Origin: Lama guanicoe
Taxonomy: Eukaryota
Direction of reading: 5' to 3'
Assembly (NCBI GenBank): GCA_013239625.1
Contig: MU053559.1
Span: 3,474,607-3,538,606 of the forward strand
Length of the DNA stretch: 64,000 nucleotides
The first letter of the stretch is position 1, and each line of letters starts with the position of its first letter. Positions 1 to 13,541 of this stretch are shown here, piece by piece. A model generated the notes under the pieces. It saw nothing but the letters and a program-made list of their open reading frames with translations. It was not told the DNA's origin and ran no database searches. The translations under genes and the position numbers were made by a program.

Positions 1-49
1 GACTAGTGGCTAAAGGGGAAGTAGACTGGATTTGTGTTTCTAATTTCTA

Positions 50-501
50 ATTCCCTTCTTGCACTTCCACACCCTTTGTCAGGTGAGTTTGCAGTGCCTC
101 TTAGGAGAGGAAGATTATCCCTGACTCATTGACTTTGATCTTGGCCATGTGACTTGCTTGGACCAATGGAATGTTGGTAGAAGTGAAAGGGTGTCAGTTT
201 CCAGCTGAGATCTTAAGAGATATTGTATATTTTCACTCAGTCCTTTACTTATTTACTTTTTTTTTTGTACTTCTGTCATCAGCCATGAGAAGAACATGCC
301 CCAGGTAGCTGCTGGCCCCAGAATGAAGACACATGTGGAACAAACCTTAACCCAAGTTGAAGCTTGGAGCTGAGCCGAGCTAAACTACACCTAGTCTTCA
401 GATCCCTGAGCTAGAAATAAATGCTTATTGTTTAAAAAGTCATCAAGTTTTGGAGTCATTTGTTACACAGAACAATTTTAACAGAATCCCGATTAATATA
501 C
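50..501 (+). mobile_element. MaLR solo LTR, MLT1I/MLT1J-like
   Basis: gccatgtgacttgct...ccaatggaatg, gagaagaacatgccccaggtagctgctgg, ataaatgcttattgttt and an end like ttgttacacag...taatata match recalled MLT1 consensus. Confidence 0.75.
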
Positions 502-1804
502 TTGGGACCCTCCATCTTCTCATGTTCAGATAGTAGGATTTTAATTCTATCATTAGTTATCATCTACCCCTACCTTCTCATGAGAACACCAAAGCCATGT
601 CAGTGAGATGACAAGCCCCTGGCAGTAGGTGACAAACTTCTGAGGTACAGGTGTTAGGTAGCAGAGTCAGGGCTCAACCTCATATCTCTATATTCCCATG
701 TCATGATAAAATAAGTCCTTAATTTTACTTAGAAAACAGCTTCTCAGTCAAGCAATCATGTATCAGGTCAGTATAAACATTGGATATACGGTGTAGTAGA
801 AATTAACCAAGATCATCTGTAGACAGATCAAGCCAGGAAGCACTATAATGATTGTGTGCTAGTTTCAGAAATCCCTCCTAGGATATTTTATCATCAGCCC
901 AGGCATAATATGTATTTATATTTTTCAAAACATGAAGCAGGTGTCTAGTCCCTGAATTCCAAAGCTGGGTGGGCGAGACAGGAAGAAAAACATTCTATTA
1001 GAGATTGAATGTTGATCTGGCCTCACCCATAGTCACCACTTATACAGCCTCAGTTACAAAAATAACTGTTAACTCTTCATTTGTGTTTCAGTGCAGACCT
1101 GGATAGTAAGAAAGACTGTTACCTTACTGTTTCCCTAAAGATCTTCCACAGTAGCCAGAGGTGGATGGAGTAAACGTGATCGACCCTATTTGGAGGCAGC
1201 AAGTTGACTCAGATGATTCTTCGCAATGCTTTATTTCAGTGTCATTAAGAAAATATCTGGTACTTTCAGCTCATTTTATGTTTCTTTATTTTCATAAATA
1301 CAAGGGCTAAGAGTGTTTAAATACCATCTCTTGATCATTAACTTGTCATCCTATAATTTTTCATTGCTTGACTCTTTCCTACAGAGTTTAAGAGATTTAA
1401 GAAAAATAATTCCAAAGGACATTCATTTCTGAATTATAAAGCTGGCTTAAGCTGACCTTCAAGGGGAGCTTGGTCAATGAAGAGTCTACAAGCTCAGGAC
1501 CTAGTTCCCTAGAAGGGGGACATGAAGTGGGAGACTGAGTCCCTTTTTTTGGCTCCATGCCCCACAGCTCCTCTCCATCTGCCTGGGACTGGAGCAGTAG
1601 ATACATGCACCATGATGGTGGTAAATTATGAATCACAAAAATTTAACTAGCTTTCCCTGCTGCTCCCCACTAGCATCCCTGTACTCAGACCTCAACTCCC
1701 ACACTCCACACTGATTTTGCGAGTGGTTGACACTTCTCTTTTATTGTATGCATTGCCTTGTAAGTGTCCTTCAGAGACCCTGAAAGACCCAGGCATTCTA
1801 TCTA

Positions 1805-2292
1805 TGGGTATATCAGTAAGACTTCTAACAGGAAATCATTGACATACTCAGAAAGGATAATCTAAGGATTTATTTACAATGTTGGTATAGGGGAACCACA
1901 AAGGATAGTGCAGTAACCTATAACTAGTAGATACCAAGTAGTTACCACCCACCTCTAGGTCTGAAGTGTTTAGGGAAGAGGAGGCTTTGTAGAATTGGGA
2001 AGGGATGAGTGAGTGGTGGAGTTGTCAGAGAGCTAACTACCTGGGAAAGATGATTCAGGGATGCAGCCAGCCCAAGGCAATGCTTCAGGGAGGGAGCCAG
2101 GGCCGTAAATACCCTGACCTCACTCTCCTTTATCTCTGATCTTCTGCGGACGCTTTCCATTGGCCAAGCACAACTGGGAGCCAGAGGGCAAGGAACCTGT
2201 TGATTTAGTCCAGACCTGCAGGGTCCTGGCAGACAGTAGGGGAGAGAAGGGTGGAGACTGGAGATGAAGGGATACAGGGAAGGTATCTAACT
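1805..2292 (-). mobile_element. ERVL solo LTR, LTR33-like
   Basis: ccattggccaagcacaactgggagccagagggcaaggaacctgttgat and accctgacctcactctcct resemble LTR33 in reverse. Confidence 0.6.
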
Positions 2293-4524
2293 AGTGGATT
2301 CACTGTAGCATCCTGACTCTGTAGATCCTTGAAGATATCTGAGTGCGTAAGAGACTTCTAAGCCACTCAAGTATAACTCATACTTGGTAGTAAGACTTTT
2401 TATTCTTCAATTATGGATGCTAGTACAAATCATATGGCTAATTCTATAGCTCTTTTGAATATATTTGTTTGCAAGCCTTCTCACTTTCCCCCAAGGTATT
2501 TTACAGTTAAGAGTGGGTAAAGATTATGTGGCTTAAGGTGTGAAAAATGACTGTTCTTGCCAGGATCATAATGTGGTTCTCTAACTGACCGGCATCCCAG
2601 GGCACCATGTCAGTCTCTTAGATCAACAAAGACTTTCACTGAAACTGCTAGGAATGTGTATTTTGTGCTGCTGAGCTTTATAACAACCATGCAAAATTTG
2701 TGTAAGACTTTCCTTAATTTTAGATTTGGCTTTTGTACCTGGAAGTCAGCATTTCCTTTAGATAACGGCACAAAAACACATTTAGATATCTCATCTATTG
2801 CTTTCAGCACAGCCTTAATAAATGTGGATGGAAAAGCCCTGAATGGCCCTTAAAAATATCAAGGAAGAAGGAGCTCACACTCTACGGGGACAAAGTCGAG
2901 TTGGGCAGACATCGAACTCTGTTGCCTTCACCTCCTAAACTACAGTGATACAGCATTACCCCCGAATCATCCCTAGAAAATATAACAGGTAATGGACAAA
3001 GCCTGCCGAGTTCACCATCTATTGTGATTAATCTGCTACCCCAAGGGGACTGACTCTTGTCTTCCTGCTGCAAAGGTTCAGGGTTGCTAGATATTGACTT
3101 CAGCAGACAGAATCAAGTATCATATTCGAAATTGGAGTTGGGGTAGGATTAAACGGATGAAGGTTAAAATGTGCACGAGTCACACTCTACACATACATAC
3201 AAACGGTCTTAAGGCGCTCTCTGTAGGTGTGATGTCCATAGAAGATGTCAGGCATCGTCTAGAAAAGGATTATTAGTGCTGTGTGACATTCAGATTCAGA
3301 ATTTCCGTGACAAGTAGGAAATATGTTCATTGCCATTTGTTCTTTCATTACGTCTCGCACAACTTTGTCTCCAGCCTTGTCTTATCTAGCCATGGGAGAT
3401 GTCAAAGAAGTAGACTCCACGCTCACCTTAAGGAGACAAGGGAGAGGTTGGTGGTCAGGAGATATATTTACAAAATAGATGGCCGACAGGGATGCATGTG
3501 GAATATGTAGTCATTCTTGCCTCCAAAATGCAAAGTCAGTGTGAGTAAACCAAGCCAAGACAAGGTATAAGGATCAGTGGATATTGATGAACACGATGCC
3601 CATGGATGGGAAGGCGTGGTAAGAAAATGTGCGTGTGTGTGCATGTGTGTGTGTGTTTTTGTACACATTATGCAAAGCATAGGATCTAAAAGAGGGTCCT
3701 GAGAGCTGCCCCCCTTTCTCATCCTTCTTCACTATTTCCTTACAGTTCTTGCAAATGGGCATTTCTGGCCCCATGCTCCTCATATAAAGGGAAATTGAGT
3801 ATAACAGGAAGATTAAGGGCTGTTTGTTTTTTTTTTAAAAAAAGGTTCCGGATGGCCATATTCTTTCCTTCATGCAAGCCAGGGAAACATTTCTCAACAC
3901 TTACCCCCATGCCAACCACAAAGTCCTAAATCTGATTTTCCTCTGAGTCCAACTTTTAAAAACGAGCATATTCAAATGTTACTCAGAGAGTACCACCAAG
4001 GTGCCTGCCTGAGGGTGGCTGGTTCTCAGACCTTCAGCTTCTCATGTCTCTAATACCTCAGGAGAGGGCCTTGAAGCAAGTGTGAAACAGTTTTTTTTAC
4101 TTTGAAAAATCAGTGCAAATAATAATGAAACTCTGTAACTAGAGAGGGTTAATATAGACATGTATTGTTTTAAAAGATACAATATTTTAAATAAAAGTAA
4201 CACAAGGAATAACATTGCTGTCTTTTGTATATGACTTTGTTGAATTCTGGCTCTTCCCTTGAACCTGAGTGAGTCAGTTCAAGGGTCTGAAACTTTGAGA
4301 TATAAAATGATCTTTGACAAACAATCCAGGGTGGCAATAACTAGACCCATGTGTAGAGTCCTTCACTAGGAGTCTTTCTGTGTTAAATGGTCACCCTCCA
4401 CCGACAGAACACTCAAGATCATAGAGCTTCTTTACTGGCAACGAGGGAGGAAAAGTCCTCAGTTTCCCAGCAGATTGTTACACAGAGAATCTAGGGGGAA
4501 ACAAGATGGTATGTATGTAGATGA

Positions 4525-4624
4525 TTTTTATTTATTTATTTATTTTAATGGAGGCACTGGGGATTGAACCCAGGACCGCGTGCATGCTAAGGACGCACCC
4601 TACCACTGAGCCCTCCCCTCTGCC
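4525..4624 (-). mobile_element. vic-1-type tRNA-derived SINE (camelid)
   Basis: Reverse strand: ...ctcagtggtagggtgcgtccttagcatgcacgcggtcctgggttcaatccccagtgcctcc with A/B boxes and an (AAAT)n tail. Confidence 0.85.
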
Positions 4625-5194
4625 TACTCTCGGTTGTGAATGGAGATTTTTAGATGGGGAATAAAAGGAAAGAAATGCAGGCTAAGTTACTCTGCTTAAC
4701 AACACCTTGTGTATTACAAAATATTTTCTCTAGAAATCTGATGGCTCTTACTGATTTAGGCTTTCTTAAATTATTGGGACAGAGTTTCTAAAGTTAAGAC
4801 AACAGATGTGTGCCTTGGGCTGATCCAGAGCTGGCCTGTGGACAAGGTTAGAGGTAGGTATGCATTTATAAACATACAATCAGATAGGAGGCAGATAGCA
4901 TGCTTCCTTCATTCACAGGAGCACATTCCTAAGAGGAACTAGGGCACCACATCCCATATGCACCTCCAGGAGACAGCTGTGACAAGACTGAGCCGGGCAG
5001 AAATGCTTTCAGTGGGGAGTCAGTGCCCAGCAACTCACCAGTCTGAAGCCAGAGCTAGAGACCCCAGTGATTCCAGCACCTGCCTTGGCTGGTTCCTTGT
5101 CCACAAGAATCACGGGAAATATGGTGGCTTGGTATACACAAGTGAGATTTCACACACGGATGTTCCTCTGAACCTGAGCTTAAAAAGTTTGGTC

Positions 5195-5392
5195 CTACAA
5201 ACTACTATATATAAAGTAAATAAACAACAAGGACCTACTGTATAACACAGGGAACTATATTCAGTACCTTATAATAATCTATAATAAAAAGAGCATATGA
5301 ATAAGAATATCTAAATGTGTACCTGAATCGCTATGCTGTACACCAGAAACTAACACAGCCTTGTAAATCAACTGTACTTCAGTTTAAAAAAA
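5195..5392 (+). mobile_element. L1 3'UTR fragment, cetartiodactyl-type, 5' truncated
   Basis: aacaacaaggacctactgtataacacagggaactatattca...tgctgtacaccagaaactaacaca...tgtaaatcaactgtacttca then an A tail; similar to the copies at 7012, 18784, 36672 and 45315. Confidence 0.85.
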
Positions 5393-7011
5393 GGTTGATC
5401 CTGCCTTCTATTTATTTATTTGTAATTATTTGATCAGATTCAGCAAAGTAGCCAGACATTTTGGTAGAGAGGGGGAAGATGGATGCATTTGTACTAAAAA
5501 TGATGTAATGATAATATCCAGACAGTTTCTAGGCACTTCCATTCCAATAGTATATTGTTTGGAAATGCATATTTAGTCCAGGAATTTCACAGCCTGATTA
5601 CATGGTTCACTTTGAAGCCTTTCTCTCACAGACCTGAAGCTCTTGGCAGAGGGTCTTTTGAAAACTTGCTTCTGGGGCTTATGAAGAGATGTGCTTCAGG
5701 TTCTATGGGCAGGTACTGTGGTAATAGCCCTCAGACTTCAATGTCATACAACTCTGGGCTATTATTATGGGCTTTCACAAAAATAAAGGACGCCTGAGCC
5801 ATAGTTTAAGAGAATGTGGCCTTCTGGTCAGCAGGTCCCCTGCCACATCTCCTGAAATTGGGTCATGGGCTGTACAGAACCAGCCGCCACTCACTCTTTC
5901 CTTTGGGAATTTTAGAATTATTTGTAACTAAGTCATCTGTTTTTCTTGGGTAATGAAACAACTAATTGCTTATTTTCCTTGGTGCTTTGCAAATCTGACT
6001 AATGTTGACTCAGGTAGATATTATGAAGTTATTTATGCTGTGGGTGATAATTACTTGCAAATGTATTTATAGTTAGAGTGAAGCAGCAACACGTTTATAC
6101 AATTCAATTATCCAGCCCTGGGTAATGATTTCTCCTCCTCTTTTTAAAAAATATTATTAATTGTTCTTAGTTTGTTGTTAATGAAGATGGTTTCCTGAAT
6201 TTTACCTCTCCAGCTCATTACACAAGCCATCAATGTGGAAAACAGAGACAAGGCTAATTTACATTCCTTTTTGAACCATAAATCTGTGGTGGCTTGAATC
6301 TTCCCTTTGCAATAATTTAGCTACAGAATATATTGAAATGCACCAGGTTTTGCTAGTGAGGTAATTAAAGATAATAGTCATTATCTCACCAAGCTCAAAA
6401 GCCATTTGCTGCTTGCTTTAGACACTTTCAGAGAATTTTAAAAATCTGGTAACGCTTTGTTAAGAAAACTATAATTTCTGGAAGGAGAAAATTGTGTACA
6501 AGTTGTGAATGAATTTATTAGTAATTAATTGCCAATACATCCCTGCTACTATTGAACATGCTACAATTTACTTTTAGAAAAGATACATACTTGAATCATA
6601 TCTTTTTAAATGTTAGTACTAAGTAATTGACTTTTCTTTGGGTAATAGCAAATTATATTTCCCCACCCAAGATTTTGGCTGGTGTCTCAAAATATTTTAA
6701 AACTGAGCTTGACCACCAGTCACAGTTTCCACAGGAAACTACCTCTGTGGTAAAATAACTTACAACACACATTTTTTTGTACAGCACTACCCATCACTAT
6801 TGATTTTCATTGAACTTTTTTTCCCCTTAACAGAATTTGAAGTAGTATTTCCTTAGGAAAATTCCTTGGGAGTGTGTGTGAACAATCAAACCTGTGGTAT
6901 TTTTAAGTCTTATGAAATCTAAACTCAGATGCATTGGACAGAAACGTTGAGGTATTTAAGATTAACGGTGTGCCAGATTCCCTCAGTGTAAAACAAAAAG
7001 AAATGTAACCA

Positions 7012-7168
7012 GAGGTCCTACTGTAGAGCACAGGGAACAATATTTGACATCTTGTAATAACCTAAAATGACAAAGAATATGGAAAAGAATATATGTGTAT
7101 AACTGAACCACAATGCTATACACCAGAAACTAATACAACATTGTAAATCAACTATACTTCAATTAAAA
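7012..7168 (+). mobile_element. L1 3'UTR fragment, cetartiodactyl-type
   Basis: ggtcctactgtagagcacagggaac...caccagaaactaatacaacattgtaaatcaactatacttcaatt. Confidence 0.85.
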
Positions 7169-7269
7169 CAAGTAAGTATGGTGTATGTGTGGGTGAGTGG
7201 GTAAGAAGTATAGGGAAAAAATTTTGGTGGGAAGGAAAGAGATCTCACAACTGTTAGCTCTCTTCCTGG

Positions 7270-7850
7270 CTGTAGCCAACCGTATATTCCTCAAAGATGG
7301 CCAAAGCAGTAACTTCCATCTCACAGGCTCTTCTACAGTGTGGCTTTGACATTCCTCCCATCGTGAGGCGGGGCTATGAAACCAGGTGTGCTGTTGGAAC
7401 TATTTCAACTGATAGAGTATGGCAGAAGTAACACAATGAGATCATAAAAAGCAACTCATTTGCCACCTCGCTCACAGCAACACTAATGCTCCAAGTCCTG
7501 AGCCTTCATCCAAGCAGACTGTCTACCCTGAAGTCCCCATGCTCTAGGGAAGCCCAAATTAGGCCACATGGAGGGACCACGTAGAGAGGCACTGAGACTT
7601 CACGGAGAGAGAGAGATGCCCAGCCAGGTCCCAGCTGCCCCAGGCCCCGCATCATTCCAGCTCAGATCACTGTCTTACTACAACTGCACCAGACGTTTCA
7701 CACCAGAGCCACCCAGCAGAGCCCTTCCCAAATTCCTGACTTACAAAAACTAGGAAAGATAATACAACGATTGTTGTTTTAAGCCAGAGTTTTGTGGGGG
7801 TTTTTTGGTGGTGGTGGGGGTTGTTTTGCAGCAATAGTGACTGGAATACA
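7270..7850 (+). mobile_element. MaLR solo LTR, MLT1G-like
   Basis: aaagatggcc...gagtatggcagaagt...gagagagagatgcccagccag...ccaaattcctgac...gttttaagcca...gcagcaatagtgactggaataca. Confidence 0.75.
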
Positions 7851-10224
7851 GGCACACTGGCTCAGGATGAGGCACTTGAACGGAGACAGGGTGTGGGGGG
7901 CGAGGGGGATGCAGCGGGGAGGAGGGAGGTTCGCGTCTTTATCTTCCCTGTTTTCACCGTATTTCCTCAGGGCTCTTCCAGCTCCACATCTGGTTACCCA
8001 GCAGTCTTCTCTTTTATTTCTCGACTCTGGCTTCCTTCAATGAGAAAGAGCCTGCCCTACGCTGGCTGGGAATCTCTTCTATATGTGTAAGACCAAAGTA
8101 ACAGTATCTCCGGAACTCTCTGTGAGGCTTCAAGTGGCAAACTAGAGAAGAGAACCAGTGGGAAGAACGCATGCTTGATCAAGCAGCTGGGGCAACTCCA
8201 CACGACTTGCTTGGCAGAGGACCAGTCTATGCCCTCGGGGGCTCATAGTCCTCCTGGGAGAAATAGACACAGAAATCAGAAGTACCTCGAAGAGAAGTTC
8301 TAGATGGAGGTACGTTACAAATGTAGAGGAGTCGGGCACAAGACAGCTGATTTTATCCTCTTCTGGCCTGGGCAGGTGGCCACAATTCTCTTCCCTCTTC
8401 TCTTCAGACCACGATTTAAATTTTTTGTTCCCGAATAGGGAGAATCTCTAATAAATTTCAGAAATCAGAGGTGGAGGCTATATCGAATTCCCAGGCAACT
8501 TAGGGAGCAAATGATGATCAAAATATATTTAGGGCAACAAATAGTCAGTAATTCCTCAGCTGAGATCAATTCATTTCTGAAATATATTTTTTAATCTTCT
8601 CCCTCCCCACAGGCCGTCTTATTTCCTTGCAGAGGCAGTAATAAATGTTTGTTGAACTGAATTAAACTTAGTTATAACTAGTACATTTACAGAGTTATAC
8701 AATTCCCGAACTGCCAAAGACAAGCATGTGATTATGAAAATGAGATTAGAGCTCTCAGAACCTAGCTTATTTGAGAAGGAGGAAAGGTGGCAGATGTGAT
8801 TTGGGGATGCTATATCGAGAGATTGATGATGGTAAGAAGAATGGGATAAAATGTGTTTTGAAAATTAAAATATATTCCAAACTTTTTGGCTAAAAATGCT
8901 AAGTACAGATCAGGCCTTTTCAAGCTAAACTTTGTAAAAGTGCAACTTCCTGTTTTGAAGGAAAAGCTTTAGGAGGTTCAAAAGGTCTCTTGGGGACTCG
9001 CTCACCTCCTACCGACGTAACATTTGAAGAATTTCAAATGTAAATTAGAGAAAATATGGATTGGATTTCATTTGAAACACGACTTAAATGAGAGAAAGAA
9101 AAAAAAAATTTGAAAATTACCGCAACCATTTGGGAGCTGCAGCTCCTGCTCAATTTCCATTCTCCTCCATCAGCGGGAGGTCTGGCAGCTGAGCCTTCAT
9201 TCCTCTGTCCGGACAATGGGCATCAGTTTGGCTTCTTAGCCTCACTATAAACAAACACCTAGTCACAGTCACGGCTCATCTCCCTTAATTCGGACCCACT
9301 GGGGAGAGAGTCTCAAGAATGAGTGAAAGAGTTCATAAACAGAATACTCAGACAGAAAGACAGTTCAATTTCTTTTGAGTGTAATTAAGAACACTCACAC
9401 ATCAAACAAACAACTGTTTTCTTGTGCAGATGCCGCTGGTCTATGGACCACAGGGAGGACCACCATCCTGGTGGGCAGACACACACTTTGGGACTCCTTT
9501 AAGGAGCAAAAAAGCTGTACACTTTGCATTCATGTGTTCCCTGATCGATTCAACAAACTGAACACATACCTCCCTCAATACCCATAAAGTTAGATACGAT
9601 GGGTTTCTAATGAAGGTGCCAAGATTTCTTAAAATAAATATTTTGCTTATGCAAGAAGAAAATGCTTTCACCTCCTCTTGTTTATATTATAGTATTTTCC
9701 TTAGCACATTCTTTCTTCAGAGAGAGTGCAGAGGTAAACATCAGCCTGACCTAGATTAAATCACCATGAATTAATGTACTCCAAATCGATAAAACCTTAC
9801 TCCCTTTAATGAAGAAATTTTGTACATTTGCATTTAGTTGTCTGGTGTGGGAGCACTTTGCTAGTGCTGAATTTTACTAATTAAATAATTTTTCCATCAA
9901 TTCTTATTTACACTCTCTTAGATGTTCCATATTAAAATGCGACTGAGCATCAGTTATGCACGAGGTTAGCTTCAAAGTAAGAAAGGGCAATGTTGGACTC
10001 CCTAGTCTAATAAAAGTATATACTTCTGTGCACATGGAAAGATCACATCAATTCGCACTAAATACTGACTGCACAGAATAACATGAAATTATAAGGAGGA
10101 AAAGATTTTGAATTTATTCTCATTTCCCTTCCTGGTATAGAAATTTTCTCAGATCTGTACATCTCCAATCAATTTGATGCTCTGGAAAGAAGAGTTCACG
10201 ACCATCTTTATATCCAGTTCCATT

Positions 10225-10492
10225 GTGGATATTTTAATTGTTGTTAAAACATTTTTTTATTTCTGTACAACTTTTAAAGGTTACTTTTCATTTACAGTTA
10301 TTACAAAATATTGGCTATATTCCCCGTGTTGTACAATTCATCCTTGAACTTGTCTTACACCCAAAAGTTTGTACCTCCCATTCCACCACTCCTATGTTGC
10401 ACCCACCCCAAACTGGTAACCAAAAAGACAAAGACTATATGATAGCACTTATATTTGGAATCTAAAAAAACACAACAAACTAGTGACTATAA
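10225..10492 (-). mobile_element. L1 3' fragment with 5' inversion (twin priming)
   Basis: Minus-strand L1 3' end to about 10421 joined to a plus-strand upstream L1 segment; TSD cagttccatt at 10215-10224 and 10493-10502. Confidence 0.75.
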
Positions 10493-10679
10493 CAGTTCCA
10501 TTCTTATATATTGAATTTTTTACATGTGTTTAATCCATAAACACAAGCCTGTAGAACAAATGGCTGCCAGTCTCTTCATGAAAAAAAATCTCATATTTAA
10601 TAAATATGCTTTAAGAAGATCTCAGCAATTGGGCTCATGGAAAATGGAAAAATGTGAAGAGGCAGCCGGAAGTAGCCGA

Positions 10680-10830
10680 AGGAGCATAGGACATGAAGTC
10701 CAAAAGCCTAGTTTCAAAATGTAACTCTGCAATTTACCTTCTTTGCCAACCTTCTCTGATTTTTCAGTTTATTTTTAAAATTATAAATAGGAAAAATAGC
10801 TATCCTAAGGGGGTGCTTGTAAAGTTTGGA
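10680..10830 (+). mobile_element. MIR fragment
   Basis: gagcataggac..gaagtc..aagcctagtttca..ctctgc..ttctctgatttttcagttt resembles the MIR core. Confidence 0.5.
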
Positions 10831-11219
10831 CAGATTTAAACTAAAACTACAGCAAATGATGAAAATGTTATCGCAAATAGTAATTATTTATAGTACTAAA
10901 AGTTTCATTATACGTGTTGGGCTGTGTCAATGAAGATAACGCATCTCTTATTTTTGATTGATTTGGGGGAACTGTTCTTAGCTTTCCACAATGTTCAGAT
11001 AGGTCCTCCTGCCTTGGTTTTCAATTACTAGTATTTGACGATGAGACAAGGTAAATCTCATGTGGCCCAAACCCAGAAAGAAACCCTTCACTCCAACCTC
11101 CTTAATGCCACGCTTTATAGCATAGATCATCCCAGGTTACAACCAAATGGACCCCAGAGATGGCAATAATGATGTCCGAAGGCCCAATTTACACTAAAAG
11201 GAAAACCAATGCCATCTCT

Positions 11220-11356
11220 CTCTTCTTTTTTTTTCATGGGGGGAAGTAATTAGGTTTATTCTTTTATTTATTTTTAGTGGAGATACTGGGGATTGAACCC
11301 AGGACCTCATGCATGCTAAGTATGTGCTCTACCACTTGAGCTACACCCTCCCGCCT
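11220..11356 (-). mobile_element. vic-1-type SINE with TSD
   Basis: tRNA-like head, poly-T tail on the + strand, TSD aatgccatctct (11208-11219) / aatgtcatctct (11357-11368). Confidence 0.9.
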
Positions 11357-11391
11357 AATGTCATCTCTGGACTGGGGTTGCATCCCATATA

Positions 11392-11522
11392 CATTTGTTT
11401 GCCAGGGCTTCTATAACAAAGTAGTGCAGACTGAGTGGCTTGAACAATGGAAATGTATTTTCTCACAGTTCTGGAGGCTGGGAGTCCAAGATCAAGATGT
11501 TGGCAGGGTTAGTTTCTTCTGA
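11392..11522 (-). mobile_element. MaLR LTR fragment, MLT1A/B-like
   Basis: ataacaaagtag..agactgagtggcttgaacaa..ttctcacagttctggaggctgggagtccaagatcaag. Confidence 0.8.
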
Positions 11523-11732
11523 ATCAATTTATAAGCATCTATTAGTTAACCTGGTGATGACAATGACAACAAAGATGATGATGATGGTGATGATAGCTGC
11601 ATTTATTCAGCAGCAATGCTGTGTCACTCACTGTTCCTCCTTAAAGTTTCCCTACTGGATATATGACTTCTATTATTCTTTTAGTTTTCTCAATTGTTTT
11701 GTCCTGCGTGTACCTGGTTGGTTTTCTCTGCC

Positions 11733-12222
11733 TATTAGTCAGGACCATTGGTTGCAAGTGACAGAAATGCAATTCACATCAGGTTAAGACCTGGGAAGAG
11801 TGGAGCTGGCCCAAGAGACCTTGAACCAGAGACTTGAACTCCATCAAGACCCTTTTTTTTCCATCTAGAAGTAATCCAGCCATAACTGATAGGTTTATGC
11901 CCTCACAGTTTTGGGGCCAGAGAAGGAAAGAGAGCTCTTCCTTCTCAGCTCTATTTAGGAGAATCCAAGGGAAAGATTGGTCAGCCTGACTGGGAACTTG
12001 TATCTAACCCTTGAGTAATCACTGTGGCCAGGGTAAAGTGGTACTATGATGTCCAAGCCTCACATACACACTCTTGTCTCTGACTAGATAGGTGATATGA
12101 ATGGTGGTCCCAAAAGCATCACATGGATGGGATCAGGGAGGAACAGACCCGCAGGAAGACTCGTGCTACAAATGGGAAAAAAGGGGAGACGGGTCCACAA
12201 ATACATCTAAGATCTACCACAG
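11733..12222 (-). mobile_element. MaLR solo LTR, MLT1K/L-like
   Basis: attagtcaggacc..ggttgcaagtgacagaaa; gattggtcagcct; aatcactgtggccaggg. Confidence 0.6.
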
Positions 12223-12859
12223 CAATGCCTTTAACCAACAGAGGCAATCCTTTCTCCTCCCTGAGTCAGAAAAGGGAACACAGCAGAGCTGGGTGGCCTG
12301 CAAGAGCCTGGGCCTAGAATTAAGTGCTGAGTTGACCTTGGCTCTGGAATTTGCAGAACTATTGACTGTCATGCCCAGCAAAACTGAGCATTATTCATGA
12401 ATTTTAGTATTTTGTTTATTTTAGTAACCCAAAGTGCAGTTGTTAGTTATATAGAATATTCTTGTTCTATGATCTCTATAAACAGACAAAAATCCGTTAT
12501 TTATTGACACAAGTGACTTGTAAGGATGAACTTATTATTTGTTGGGCACATTCTTTAGTCCCTGAGGGTCATAGTGGCACACATGCCCACCTCCGCAACT
12601 GAAGGGGCTGTCAGGACTTTGCAAAAAGTCATAGACTCTCTTTGAGAGGAAAGGTAGAAGGAAGCGGGAAGGCCCTATGTGAGAAGCTCTGTCTGCCCTT
12701 GTCTTCCAAATCTGACATTCTCTCTATTTCTTCTCCTTTCTCCACATTTAGCCATTTCATGTCTTGAGATCACCTCCTCGGAAACCTTCCTAGCCCCTTC
12801 TGAGCTTAAGTCCTCTCCACTGCACTTCTGGGAGTCGGAGAGGAGCTGCTAGATCTTTC

Positions 12860-13053
12860 CATTCCAGCTTTGATTCTTGCCCTAGGCTTTGCCATCTGCT
12901 TTTGGCCAAGTCAGCCTTTGTGCTAGTTTCTATAAATATACAATTAGGTCATAGCCAATCTTTCCCCAAGGTTTACTGTACATATATCTGAAACAATATT
13001 TGTGATTCCATATGGTGCTATGCTGTATGTATAAAGGGTTCAACAAATGCTAA
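12860..13053 (+). mobile_element. MIR (degenerate)
   Basis: ctttgcca..ttggccaagtca..agtttct..tcaacaaatgctaac 3' end. Confidence 0.45.
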
Positions 13054-13087
13054 CAGGAAATACATGCAATTTTAGAATAATATATAA

Positions 13088-13292
13088 GAATAACCATTGA
13101 TGGAAAAGTTACTCTATGCTAGTGTGGTACTAAGCGTTATCTCAGCTGAGTCTGATAGGAACTGTAAATGATAGATATCACTACTTCCATCTTACAGATG
13201 GGGTAACTGAACCCCCATTGTCACCCAGTTTTGAAGCTGCACAGACAGGATTTGAACTCAGACCTCATTCATTGACTCCAAAGTCTTAGCCC
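13088..13292 (-). mobile_element. MIR
   Basis: ccatcttacagatggggtaactga..caggatttgaactcagac..tgactccaaag. Confidence 0.7.
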
Positions 13293-13541
13293 ATAGCAGA
13301 TTGTCAAGACTTCTAAATAAATTCAAGAATAATGCAGCCCTGTTGCAAAGTTCTTCACTATCCTGTGCATTTAGTTATACTTGGGATCTATTCGACTGGG
13401 CCTTCTCCTCTGTGAATTTTGTGATATTTGGAAGATTTTTCTCATTGTAGCCCCAGAAGCATATTATGTTCTCTTTTTCTCGTCTCTCTCAGTAGCATTA
13501 AAACCAGTCTATTATAGTATTGTCCCGTAGTCCATCTTTTC

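Noticed and set aside
4256..4285. Small hairpin cccttgaac..gttcaaggg around an AP-1 motif
   Set aside because: 9-bp arms with a short spacer arise by chance at this window size.
11220..11356. tRNA gene calls for the tRNA-like segments
   Set aside because: They have A-rich tails, TSDs and no intact acceptor stem, so they are SINEs.
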